Origin: Spirochaetia bacterium
Lineage (GTDB): Bacteria; Spirochaetota; Spirochaetia; SZUA-6; Bin103
DNA: 64,000 nt
Assembly: GCA_965199955.1 (NCBI GenBank)
Contig: CBDATQ010000001.1
Span: forward strand, 1,184,001 to 1,248,000
Reading direction: 5' to 3'
The notes under the pieces are model-generated. The model had not been told where the DNA came from. It saw only the letters and a program-made list of their open reading frames with translations, and searched no databases. Of the stretch, positions 19,905 to 29,093 are shown piece by piece (within the stretch, counting starts at the first letter, position 1; the number at the start of each line of letters is the position of its first letter). The position numbers and the translations under genes are program-made.

Positions 19905-20870
19905 TCACACGGGAAACAGCAGATTCTGCTGGGTGAAGACTTCGCTGACCGAACGCCGTTCGTGAATGCGCAGAATGGCGCTGGCGAGCAGCGGCGCAAT
20001 GGAGATCACCTTGATCAGCCCACCGGCGCGCCGTTCCTGAGGGACCGGAATCGTGTTGGTGACCAGCACCTCCTCGATCGACGGGCGGGTGAGCAGCTCC
20101 GGCGCCTGCTCGATAAGCACGGGGTGGGTGACCGAGATGATCGCCGGCTGCGCGCCGTGCTCCATGAGCGTGTCGGCCTGCTGGTGAATCGACCCCGAGG
20201 CGATCAGGTCGTCGATGATGATCGGCTTCTTGCCCCTGACGTCGCCGACCACCGCCTCCACTTCCATGTTCGAGCCGCCGATGCCGTGGCGCCGTTTGTG
20301 CATCAGCACCATCGGCAGGCCCAGGATGTCCGTGTATTTCTCCGCGAGCTTGGCGCGCCCGACGTCCGGGGCCACGATCACGGCGTTGGACAGGTCGCGC
20401 TGGCGCAGGTGGTTGGCCAGCGTGGTGACCGCGGTCAGATGATCGGACACCTTGTTGAAGAATCCCTGGATCTGCGGGGCGTGAAGGTCGACGGAGACGA
20501 TGCGGTCCGCGCCTGCGTTGGCCAGCAGGTCGGCCACCAGGCGGGCGCTGAGCGGCTCCCGTCCGGTCGACTTGTGGTCCTGGCGGCCGTACCCGTAGTA
20601 GGGGACGACCGCGGTGATCTGATCGGCCGACGCGCGGCGCATCGCGTCGACGATGATCAGCAACTCCATGAGCGTCTCGTTCACCGGGCGGCAGGTTGGC
20701 TGCACCAGGTAGATCTCCGCGCCGCGGACGCTCTCCTCAATCTGCACGTGGGTTTCGCTGTCGTTCAGCGACTTGATGCTGAGCTCGCCGAGCTCGACCC
20801 CCAGGATCTGCGCGATCTCGATCGCCAATTCCAGATTGGCCCGCCCGGAGAACAGACGGAGCGTGTCCAT
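19905..20870 (-). CDS. prs: Ribose-phosphate pyrophosphokinase (start may be 20921 or 20939)
   Basis: LFSGRANLELA, PYYGYGRQD, DLHAPQIQGFF, VAPDVG, IIDDLIASG, VTNTIP. Confidence 0.92.
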   Translation of the reverse strand: MDTLRLFSGRANLELAIEIAQILGVELGELSIKSLNDSETHVQIEESVRGAEIYLVQPTCRPVNETLMELLIIVDAMRRASADQITAVVPYYGYGRQDHKSTGREPLSARLVADLLANAGADRIVSVDLHAPQIQGFFNKVSDHLTAVTTLANHLRQRDLSNAVIVAPDVGRAKLAEKYTDILGLPMVLMHKRRHGIGGSNMEVEAVVGDVRGKKPIIIDDLIASGSIHQQADTLMEHGAQPAIISVTHPVLIEQAPELLTRPSIEEVLVTNTIPVPQERRAGGLIKVISIAPLLASAILRIHERRSVSEVFTQQNLLFPV

Positions 20871-20969
20871 CGAACGACCGTTTGAGGCTGGCATGTCGGG
20901 GGAAAGGGAGAGCTTATCCATCGCGCCCCCGCCGATCAAGCTCAGAATCGCGCGTCAGCCGGTTCGCCA

Positions 20970-21971
20970 TCATGCGCCCGCCGCCAGCGGCGGCGGCAGG
21001 TCCTTCATGGTTGTAAGCCCCGGCGCGGCCGCCGCCACACGAGGGATGGCGTTGACCACGACCGCCGCCGTCCCCAGGTCGCCGTGTACGCCGCCGTCAA
21101 TGCGCGCCTCCACCGGCGGCACGCCGTCGATCGACACCGCGTCATAGGATTCGTCCAGTCCCACCGCGGCGCGGAACTCCAGGGTGACCACCTGCCGTCC
21201 CTCGGCCAGCCCGACGCCTTCCTGCCGGACACCCGCCACCTGACCCGCCGCGACCGACACGTGCTCGGTGTGAATCGCATGTGGCGCCATGATCGGTTCG
21301 ATGGTCTCGGTGAGCTCGTCCAGCGACCAGCCCATGCCGGCCGCGATCATGCGGGCCGACTCGGTGAGCCCCACGTGGCGGATCTCCCCGTCGGCAGCGA
21401 GACGTCGGAACTCCGACTCGGTGAGTCCGGCGCCGATCTTGCGCTGGAACGGGCCGCGGCGGTCGCTCGCGTCCTGCACGCGAGTGGCACGGATGGCGCG
21501 CACCACCTGACACGGGACGGTCATGTACAGCGGCCACGCGTCCATCAAGTAGCCGGGATTGATGCCGGTGCCGAGCAGTGTCACGCCGGCTTCGAGCGCC
21601 TGCTCGTGCAGCTCCGCGGCGACCGCGGCGTTGGCGTCGTCGGGAAAGGCGAGCTCCTCGCAGGTCGACACCACGTCGACGCCCTCCTGCAGCAGCGCCT
21701 GAAGCTGTCCCGCCACCGCCTGCAGGCTGGACCCGGTGGTGTGGATCGCCAGCGCGGGCGCCGCGTCGTCCGGGAGCCGGTCCCAGGAGCCGACGATGGC
21801 AGTGCCGAGCGGCGCGCCGCCGCCCACTTCGCCGATGTCGCGCCCGTGCAGCGCGGGATCGATATCGATGCCGGCGACCAGTTGGAGGCCGGCGCGGCCG
21901 GCGGTCAGACGGGCGATGCGGCAGCCGATCGGCCCACAGCCGAACTGCACGACGCGGATCGTGGGTATCAT
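20970..21971 (-). CDS. DapB-like NAD(P)-dependent oxidoreductase (2,4-diaminopentanoate dehydrogenase-like family)
   Basis: VQFGCGPIG Rossmann motif, STCEEL, GTGINPG, FQRKIGAG, GGVHGD..T...VN.IP.V..A.PGL.TM.DLP. Confidence 0.78.
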   Translation of the reverse strand: MIPTIRVVQFGCGPIGCRIARLTAGRAGLQLVAGIDIDPALHGRDIGEVGGGAPLGTAIVGSWDRLPDDAAPALAIHTTGSSLQAVAGQLQALLQEGVDVVSTCEELAFPDDANAAVAAELHEQALEAGVTLLGTGINPGYLMDAWPLYMTVPCQVVRAIRATRVQDASDRRGPFQRKIGAGLTESEFRRLAADGEIRHVGLTESARMIAAGMGWSLDELTETIEPIMAPHAIHTEHVSVAAGQVAGVRQEGVGLAEGRQVVTLEFRAAVGLDESYDAVSIDGVPPVEARIDGGVHGDLGTAAVVVNAIPRVAAAAPGLTTMKDLPPPLAAGA

Positions 21972-22002
21972 CGGCTCAAGCTATAGCAAGGACGGGGGAG
22001 AG

Positions 22003-22575
22003 TTGTCGAACGTGGAACTGATCCTGGGCGGTACCTTCAGCGGCAAGAGCGCCTTCGCCTGCGAGCGGGCCCGCCGTGCCGCCGAACGGGAACCCGGTGG
22101 TGTGCTGGTGATCGCCACCGCCCTCGACGGCGACCCGGACGTGCGCCGCCGCATCGCCGAGCACCGCCGCCGACGGCCACGCGAGTGGCGGACCGTGGAG
22201 GAGCCCCATCGCGTGGCGGCGGCGATCCGCGACGGCATCCGGCTGCCGGCGCCGCCGGCGGTGATCGTGGTGGAGTGCCTGACGATGCTGGTGACCAACC
22301 TGATGCTCCGTGACGGCGTGGTCGACCGGGCGTCGGCATCGGAGCGGGTGGCGGTGGAGGTCGAGGCGATCGTCCGAGCCGCCGATAGTCGGTCCACCGC
22401 CGTACTGATCGTCTCCAACGAGGTCGGCCATGGCCTTTTCCCGACCACGTCCGACGGCCGGCTGTTCCAGGAGCTGGCCGGCCTGGCCAATCAGCGCATC
22501 GCCGCGGCCGCGGATACGGTCTGGACGGTCACGGCCGGCATTCCGGCCCGGATCAAGCCGGCCCGGATCAAGTAG
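22003..22575 (+). CDS. cobU: Bifunctional adenosylcobinamide kinase / adenosylcobinamide-phosphate guanylyltransferase
   Basis: TTG start after GGGGAG; GGTFSGKS P-loop, RIAEHR.RRP..W...EEP, ECLT, VSNEVG, G..NQ.IA..AD. Confidence 0.88.
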   Translation: MSNVELILGGTFSGKSAFACERARRAAEREPGGVLVIATALDGDPDVRRRIAEHRRRRPREWRTVEEPHRVAAAIRDGIRLPAPPAVIVVECLTMLVTNLMLRDGVVDRASASERVAVEVEAIVRAADSRSTAVLIVSNEVGHGLFPTTSDGRLFQELAGLANQRIAAAADTVWTVTAGIPARIKPARIK

Positions 22576-23875
22576 GAGGAGCGCCGGCCGGCCAGCGCAC
22601 CAGCCGCTGGGGATGAACGGGGTTGCCGGTGTCCATGGAGATGTTGCCGGCAATGCCGGTGAGAATGGACATCGCTCCGTCGATGTGCGACGCGGCGCGC
22701 CGCAGGGGGTCCGGCTTGGGATCCCCGAACAGGTCGGCCGCCAGCAACGGGTCGGCGCCGCCATGGCCGCCTTCGGGCTCCGGGATCTCCACTTCGTACG
22801 GTTCCGCGAAGTGCGGGCAGATGCGCAGCTCCCGCTCCCTGGCGACGCCCTCCTGCGACTTGGAGCCCTGGGCGTTCACGTAGCTCGACTCCCGCACCGT
22901 CAGCTCCAGGCGGCCGCGGTCGCCGGTCAGCGCGATCCGCAGCCCCTCCCACGGTGAGTAGGCGGTCAGCGAGTAGCTCATCATCGCGCCGGAGTCGTAG
23001 CGGACCAGCAGTGCCATGGTGTCCTCGATGCTGATGCCGTCGCCGAACACGCTCTGGTCGCGGAAGTAGCCGTCCTCGTGCTCGGCCTTGAGGTACATCT
23101 CCGTCAGCGCCTCGCTCTCCTCCAGGTGCAGGGCGAACGGATCGTCCCTGGCCGCCTCCGAGCCGCGGGCGCGGGTGTAGAAGCTGGTGACGCCGCGCTC
23201 CTCGGCGTTCTCGTGCCCGTAGAAGCGCAGGTCCCCGAAGGCCATCACCGTCTGCGGCGCGCTGGCCAGCCAGAAGTTGATCAGGTCGAAGTGGTGGGTG
23301 GCCTTGTGCACCAGCAGGCCGCCCGAGTTGCGCTTGTCGCGGTGCCACCGCCGGAAATAGTCGGCGCCGTGCACGAGGTCGAGCAGCCACTCGAAGTGCA
23401 CGGCGGTGACCGTGCCGATGACGCCGTCCATCAGGAGCTGGCGCACCAGCGATGCGTGCGGCGAGTAGCGGTAGTTGAACGTCACCCGCAGGTTCCTGCC
23501 CGTGCGCTTCACGGCGTCCAGGATCTGCTGGCACTTGCCGGCGTCGACGGTCATCGGCTTCTCGGTGATGGCGTCGCAGCCGAGCTCCAGGGCGCGGACG
23601 ATGTAGCGGTGGTGGGTGCGGTCGATGGAGGTGACGATGACCACGTCCGGCTTGCACTCGGCCACCATCCGGTCGAACGCGTCCGCGCCGTAGGTGGGCA
23701 CCGGCGCATGGCCGAACTGCTCCGCAAGCGTGCGGTTGGCGTAGTTCATGCGGGTCTGGTTGAGGTCGCAGAACCCGACCAGCTCCGCGCGGTCGGTGTA
23801 GTCGGAGGCGATCGACTCGTAGAAGGAGCGGGCGCGTCCGCCGACGCCCACCTGCGCGTAGCGTGTTCGCTTCAT
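22568..23875 (-). CDS. Gfo/Idh/MocA family oxidoreductase
   Basis: VGVGGR, TEKPM, TFNYRY, HGADYFRRWH, HKATHHFDL, GHGGAD. Confidence 0.88.
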   Translation of the reverse strand: MKRTRYAQVGVGGRARSFYESIASDYTDRAELVGFCDLNQTRMNYANRTLAEQFGHAPVPTYGADAFDRMVAECKPDVVIVTSIDRTHHRYIVRALELGCDAITEKPMTVDAGKCQQILDAVKRTGRNLRVTFNYRYSPHASLVRQLLMDGVIGTVTAVHFEWLLDLVHGADYFRRWHRDKRNSGGLLVHKATHHFDLINFWLASAPQTVMAFGDLRFYGHENAEERGVTSFYTRARGSEAARDDPFALHLEESEALTEMYLKAEHEDGYFRDQSVFGDGISIEDTMALLVRYDSGAMMSYSLTAYSPWEGLRIALTGDRGRLELTVRESSYVNAQGSKSQEGVARERELRICPHFAEPYEVEIPEPEGGHGGADPLLAADLFGDPKPDPLRRAASHIDGAMSILTGIAGNISMDTGNPVHPQRLVRWPAGAPPT

Positions 23876-23890
23876 GACGGGGTTCCCGCC

Positions 23891-24895
23891 TCAGTCCTGC
23901 TGGCTGAACGCCGCGTCGAAGGCGATCGCGGAGGCGGACAGGTCGGTGCGGCGCGTGAAGGCGAGCGCCTCCTGCGCGCCCTCCTCGCGGTCCATGCCGG
24001 AGTCCTCCCACTCGATGGACAGGGGGCCCTGGTAGCCGATCGCGTTCAAGGCACGGAATACCCGTTCGAACGGCACGTCGCCGCGCCCCGGCGATACGAA
24101 GTCCCAGCCGCGGCGCAGGTTCCCGAATGGCAGGTGCGACGCCAGCGCGCCGTTGCGGCCGTTGTGGTTGAGCTTCGATTCCTTGACGTGGGCATGGTAG
24201 ATGCGGTCGGCGAAGTCCAGGACGAACTGCTCCGGGTCGACCATCTGCCACACCAGGTGGCTGGGATCGAAGTTGATCCCGAAGGCGGCCCGTCGGTCGA
24301 CGGCCTCCAGGGTGCGCTGCGTGGTCCAGTAATCGTAGGCGATCTCCGACGGGTGCACCTCCAGCGCGAAGCGAACGCCTTCCGCGTCGTAGGCGTCCAG
24401 GATCGGATTCCAGCGGTCGGCGAAGTCCTGGTAGCCGTCGTCGATCATGCCGTCTACCGCCGGCGGGAAGCCGGCGACCGCGTACCAGACCTTGGAGCCC
24501 GTGAAGCCGGCGACCGTGTCCACCCCGAACGCGGCGGCGGCGCGGGCGGTCTCCTTCATCCGTTCGGCGGAGCGCTGCCTGACCCCCTCCGGATCGCCGT
24601 CACCCCAGATCTCGGGCGGCAGCATGGCCTGGTGGCGGGCGTCGATGGGGAAGTCGCACACGCACTGGCCGACCAGGTGGTTGCTTATCGCGAAGCACTT
24701 GAGTCCGTGACGGTCGAGCTGCTCGCGCTTGGCCGCCACGTAGCCTGAGTCCGCGAGCGCCTTGTCCACCTCGAAGTGGTCGCCCCAGCAGGCCAGCTCC
24801 AGGCCGTCGAAGCCCCACGCCGCCGCCTTGGCGGCCAGCTCCTCCAGCGGCAGATCGGCCCATTGGCCGGTGAACAGCGTTACCGGACGTCCCAT
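23891..24895 (-). CDS. Sugar phosphate isomerase/epimerase (xylose isomerase-like TIM barrel)
   Basis: [44 protein letters not shown]. Confidence 0.88.
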   Translation of the reverse strand: MGRPVTLFTGQWADLPLEELAAKAAAWGFDGLELACWGDHFEVDKALADSGYVAAKREQLDRHGLKCFAISNHLVGQCVCDFPIDARHQAMLPPEIWGDGDPEGVRQRSAERMKETARAAAAFGVDTVAGFTGSKVWYAVAGFPPAVDGMIDDGYQDFADRWNPILDAYDAEGVRFALEVHPSEIAYDYWTTQRTLEAVDRRAAFGINFDPSHLVWQMVDPEQFVLDFADRIYHAHVKESKLNHNGRNGALASHLPFGNLRRGWDFVSPGRGDVPFERVFRALNAIGYQGPLSIEWEDSGMDREEGAQEALAFTRRTDLSASAIAFDAAFSQQD

Positions 24896-24896
24896 G

Positions 24897-26054
24897 TTAC
24901 TTCTCCTCCAGCGAATACCACTTCTGGTCGCTCTGTGAGCTGGCGACGCAGGCGGTGATGAACGCCATGCCGCGCACCCCGTCGTCGACCGTGGGGAAAT
25001 CGAGACCGCCGGGCGGCTCGGTGCCGTCCAGGCGTGCCTGCAGGGTCAGGGCGTAGTTGCGGTACAGGTTGGCGAACGCCTCGATATAGCCTTCCGGGTG
25101 GCCGGGCGGCAGGCGGGTGTGGGCGCCGGCCGCCTCGGACAGCTCGCCCACGCCGGTGCGCCGCACCTCGCAGTGGCGGTCCGCCCACTTGACGGTCAGG
25201 GTGTTGGGCTCCATCTGGTGCCACTCCAGGCCGCCGTGCTCGCCGTAGACGCGGATGGCCAGCGCGTTCTCCTCGCCCGCGGAGACCTGGCTGGCATACA
25301 GGACGCCCTTCGCGCCCTGCTGCAGGCGCACCAGCACGTTGCCGTCGTCCTCCAGCTTGCGCCCCTCGACGAACGTGGTCAGGTCGGCGCACAGCTCCGT
25401 GATCGACAGTCCGGTGATGTGCTCCATCAGGTTCTCGGCGTGAGTGCCGATGTCGCCGATGCAGGAGCTGATGCCGGCCCGCGCCGGATCGGTGCGCCAC
25501 GCGGCCTGCTTCATGCCGGTCGCCTCTTCCAGCCTGGCGAGCCACCCCTGCGGGTACTCGACCACCACCTTGCGGATGCGGCCGATGGAGCCGTCGCGGA
25601 CCAGTCGCCGTGCTTCCTTTACCATGGGATAGCCGGTGTAGTTGTGGGTGAGTCCGTACTGCAGCCCGGTCGAACGGACCTGGTCGCGCAGCGCCAGCGC
25701 CTCGTCCAGGTCGTAGGTCATGGGCTTGTCGCTCATGACGTGGAAGCCGGCTTCGAGCGCGGTCCTGGTGGCCGGGAAGTGGACGTTGTTGGGCGTGACG
25801 ATGGAGACGAAGTCCATGCGCTCGCCGTCCGGCAGCGCGGCCTCCCGCTCCATCATCTCCGGGTAGGTGCCGTACACGCGGTCGGCGGGAAGGTAGAGGT
25901 CGGCGCCGGAGGCGCGCGACTTGTCCGGGTCGCTGGAGAACGCCCCACAGACCAGCTCGATATGTCCGTCGAGGGCGGCGGCCATGCGGTGCACGACGCC
26001 GATGAAGGCGTCGCGTCCGCCGCCCACCATGCCCATGCGGATCTTGCGGCTCAT
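24897..26054 (-). CDS. Gfo/Idh/MocA family oxidoreductase
   Basis: Start [58 protein letters not shown]. Confidence 0.9.
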   Translation of the reverse strand: MSRKIRMGMVGGGRDAFIGVVHRMAAALDGHIELVCGAFSSDPDKSRASGADLYLPADRVYGTYPEMMEREAALPDGERMDFVSIVTPNNVHFPATRTALEAGFHVMSDKPMTYDLDEALALRDQVRSTGLQYGLTHNYTGYPMVKEARRLVRDGSIGRIRKVVVEYPQGWLARLEEATGMKQAAWRTDPARAGISSCIGDIGTHAENLMEHITGLSITELCADLTTFVEGRKLEDDGNVLVRLQQGAKGVLYASQVSAGEENALAIRVYGEHGGLEWHQMEPNTLTVKWADRHCEVRRTGVGELSEAAGAHTRLPPGHPEGYIEAFANLYRNYALTLQARLDGTEPPGGLDFPTVDDGVRGMAFITACVASSQSDQKWYSLEEK

Positions 26055-26056
26055 CA

Positions 26057-28009
26057 CTACTTGACCTTGGCGCCGCTGGCGGTGTCGCCCGGCACCTCGA
26101 CCAGGGCCAGGTTGCCGGCGTCGTCCTCGGCGGCCAGCAGCATGCCCTGCGACTCGATGCCGCGCAGCTTGGCCGGCTTCAGGTTGGCGACCACGACGAT
26201 CTTGCGGCCGACCATCTGCTCCGCCTCGTACCAGGCGGCGATGCCGGCGACGATGGTGCGCTCCTCGACGCCGATGCGGACGCCGAGCTTCAGCAGGCGG
26301 TCGGTCTTCGGCACGCGCTCGGCCGTCAGGACCTCCGCGACGCGCAGGTCGACGCGGCCGAATTCGTCGAAGGTGATCAGGTTGTCGTCGCTCACCCCGG
26401 GCTCCTTGTCTATGGTCTGCGGCGGCTCTGCCGCAGGTTTCGGTGTCTTCGGCTGTTTCCTCTCTTTCCGCGGCTGCTTGCCGGTGTCGATCCGGGGAAA
26501 GAGCGCCGGCGGGTCGGACGCGACCACGGTACCCGGCGTCGTGAGCCCCCAGCGCGCCCCGTCGCGGACGCTCTGCGCCCGCCCGCCCACGGCGGACAGC
26601 AGCGTCGCGGACTTGGCCGGCATGGCAGGCGCAAGCAGCACCGCGGCGATACGCAGGCCCTCGACCGCGGTGTAGAGGACGGTATCCAGGCGCTCGCGGT
26701 CCTGCGGGTCCTTGGCCAGCGCCCATGGCTGCTGGTCGTTGAAGTAGCGGTTGACCCGGCGCACGAACTGCAGGATCTCTTCCAGCGCGCCGTTCAGGCG
26801 CATGTTGGCGATCAACTCGCGCACCGCGTCGGCCAGGCCGTCGGCGTGCTCGGCCACCTCCCGCTCGGCCGGCCCCGGCTGCGGCGTGCCGACGGTGCCG
26901 CCCAGATGGCGGTTGACCAGGGTGAGCGACCGCGACATCAGGTTGCCCAGGTCGTTGGCCAGGTCGGCGTTGTAGCGCTCCACCAGGCCGTACTCGCCGG
27001 CGTTGCCGTCGTTGCCGTACGGCAGGATGCGCAGCAGGTAGTAGCGGACGGCGTCGGTGCCGTAGCGGTCCGCGAGCTCGAACGGGTCGAGCACGTTGCC
27101 GAGCGACTTGCTCATCTTGCGGCCGTCGGACCCGGACAGGTAGCCGCCGACCAGGATGCGCTCCGGCAGCGGCAGGCCGGCCGACTTGAGCATGGTCGGC
27201 CAGAACATGGCGTGCTGGCGCAGGATGTCCTTGCCGATCAGGTGCCAGGTGCGCGGCCAGAAGGTGTGGTAGCGAGGATCGTCGGGGTAACCGAGCGCGG
27301 AGACGTAGTTGATCAGCGCATCGAACCAGACGTAGGTGACGTGCGAATCGTCCCACGGCAGCCCGATCCCCCACGGCAGCCGCTCGCGCGGGCGGGAGAT
27401 CGACAGGTCGCCGACCGGCTCGCGCAGCAGGCCGAGCATCTCCGAGCGGTAGCCGGCCGGGTGGATCCAGCCGGGGTTGGCTTCCAGGTGCTCGCGCAGC
27501 CACTCCCGGTACTTCTCCATGCGGAAGAACCAGTTGCCTTCGCGGCGCAGGACCGGCGGGTCGCGGTCCTCTGGCAGCTTGCCGTCGACCAGCTCGTCCT
27601 CGCCGACGTAGCGTTCCTGGCCGACCGAATACAGCCCTTCGTACTCGCCGAAGTAGACGTCCCCCTCGTCGTGGACACGCTGCAGGATCGCGCGCACCAC
27701 CCGCTTGTGGCGCTCCTCGGTGGTGCGGATGAAGTCGTCCTGCGAGATGTCGAGCGCCTCCCAGGCGTCGCGGAAGCGCTGGCTGACCCGGTCGACGAAC
27801 GCCTGCGTGTCACAGGCGGCCTCGGCCGCGGCGTTGTTCACCTTCTCGCCGTGCTCGTCGGTGCCGGTCAGGAACCAAGTGTCGTGGCCGTCCGAGCGGT
27901 GCCAGCGCGCCAGGAAGTCGGTGGTCACGGTGGTATAGGCGTGCCCGACGTGCGGCTGGTCGTTCACGTAGTAGATGGGTGTGGTGACGTAGCAGGGGAC
28001 TTTGGACAT
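26057..28009 (-). CDS. metG: Methionine--tRNA ligase with C-terminal tRNA-binding domain
   Basis: YVTTPIYYVN..PHVGHAY, GTDEHG, YVWFDAL, KMSKS; C-terminal NLKPAKLRGIESQGMLLA. Confidence 0.96.
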   Translation of the reverse strand: MSKVPCYVTTPIYYVNDQPHVGHAYTTVTTDFLARWHRSDGHDTWFLTGTDEHGEKVNNAAAEAACDTQAFVDRVSQRFRDAWEALDISQDDFIRTTEERHKRVVRAILQRVHDEGDVYFGEYEGLYSVGQERYVGEDELVDGKLPEDRDPPVLRREGNWFFRMEKYREWLREHLEANPGWIHPAGYRSEMLGLLREPVGDLSISRPRERLPWGIGLPWDDSHVTYVWFDALINYVSALGYPDDPRYHTFWPRTWHLIGKDILRQHAMFWPTMLKSAGLPLPERILVGGYLSGSDGRKMSKSLGNVLDPFELADRYGTDAVRYYLLRILPYGNDGNAGEYGLVERYNADLANDLGNLMSRSLTLVNRHLGGTVGTPQPGPAEREVAEHADGLADAVRELIANMRLNGALEEILQFVRRVNRYFNDQQPWALAKDPQDRERLDTVLYTAVEGLRIAAVLLAPAMPAKSATLLSAVGGRAQSVRDGARWGLTTPGTVVASDPPALFPRIDTGKQPRKERKQPKTPKPAAEPPQTIDKEPGVSDDNLITFDEFGRVDLRVAEVLTAERVPKTDRLLKLGVRIGVEERTIVAGIAAWYEAEQMVGRKIVVVANLKPAKLRGIESQGMLLAAEDDAGNLALVEVPGDTASGAKVK

Positions 28010-28109
28010 GGTGCGGCTCGGGACCCGCGGCGCGGGTGCGTATCTTGCTGGAAGCGGGACTTCCGCGCAACGTCCCGACCGCGTGAGGAGAAGGAACTCG
28101 TTCCGAGCC

Positions 28110-28364
28110 TCAGCGAAGCTGCGAAAGCGTGCGCTTGGCGCAGTCCAGGATGTCGAAGCGGCGACAGATCGACTTGACCTTGCCGAGGTCGATCTCCGCT
28201 CGAAGATTGCCTTGCTGGCTGTGCTCTCCCTTGGGCAGCCAGGAAGTCTGCTTCCGGTAGTGGATCCTCCAGTGATGCCGGGTCTCAATCGCCGTATGGC
28301 CGCCGGCGCATGCGTTCAGCATCTCGAAGACTTTGCGGAGTTGAATCTGTCCATGGCCGGGCAC
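28110..28364 (-). CDS. Small basic protein, probable HicA-like (dsRBD-fold) toxin
   Basis: 84 aa; helix, then RHHWRI..., then LP..EH, then EIDLGKVKSICRRFDI, resembling the HicA layout; 14 bp downstream of the partner gene. Confidence 0.55.
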   Translation of the reverse strand: MPGHGQIQLRKVFEMLNACAGGHTAIETRHHWRIHYRKQTSWLPKGEHSQQGNLRAEIDLGKVKSICRRFDILDCAKRTLSQLR

Positions 28365-28378
28365 GCGGGGAAGCCGCC

Positions 28379-28840
28379 TCAGGCGGCGATCTCGACGGCG
28401 GTCGGAGCGGGGTTGTTCCGCGCCGATGGCTGCACGAACTCGACGACCTTCGCGCTGAACGTCGGTTGCGGCACTTTGGGAAGGTCGCTCTCGATCCTCC
28501 CAGCGGCCACGTCCTCGCGCGCCGATGCGAAAGCTCGCTCGGCCCACGGATCGGTATCGTCGAAGAACTGCCGCACCGACGCGGAGAAGGCGTCGAGGTC
28601 GGGAGCGGCGTCAGCCAAGTCGTAGAGCACGAGTTCGATCGACTGCTCCAGGTCGTGGTATGCCTCCCGCAAGGTCACACCCTGGCCGGCGACGCCGCCG
28701 GGCTGCAGGCCATGAGCGAGGTATGCGCCGTCCGGCTCCACAGTAACCACCGCTCCGCCACGGAACTCGACCCCCGCCAGGTAGCGAGCTCCTTGCACCG
28801 TGACCCGGTACGTGAAAACGAGCGGATAGGCGGTACCCAT
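28379..28840 (-). CDS. Acidic hypothetical protein with a HicB-like core, probable antitoxin
   Basis: EPDGAYLAHGLQPGGVAGQGVTLREAYHDLEQSIELVL matches the HicB N-domain pattern (E.DG.Y.A...PG....G.T..EA...L). Confidence 0.55.
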   Translation of the reverse strand: MGTAYPLVFTYRVTVQGARYLAGVEFRGGAVVTVEPDGAYLAHGLQPGGVAGQGVTLREAYHDLEQSIELVLYDLADAAPDLDAFSASVRQFFDDTDPWAERAFASAREDVAAGRIESDLPKVPQPTFSAKVVEFVQPSARNNPAPTAVEIAA

Positions 28841-29093
28841 GTGCCGGAACCTATCGTCGGCGGGCCAGCGGCACATCGTCAAGAGCAACTGCCGTGCCGG
28901 GCGGGCCTCAGTGGCTTCCGATGTCGCGTGGGGCCGGGGTGTCGGGTCCGGGAGCGCGAAACTGACGTGTGCCGAGAGCTCCGACCCGTTCTTGACGCAG
29001 TGAGTTGGACAGGCGAGTCTGAGACGCGCGACACGGGACGGCGCGAATCTTACACGCGCAGGAAATGTTCGCAGTCTAGGCTTGAAGCCTAAT

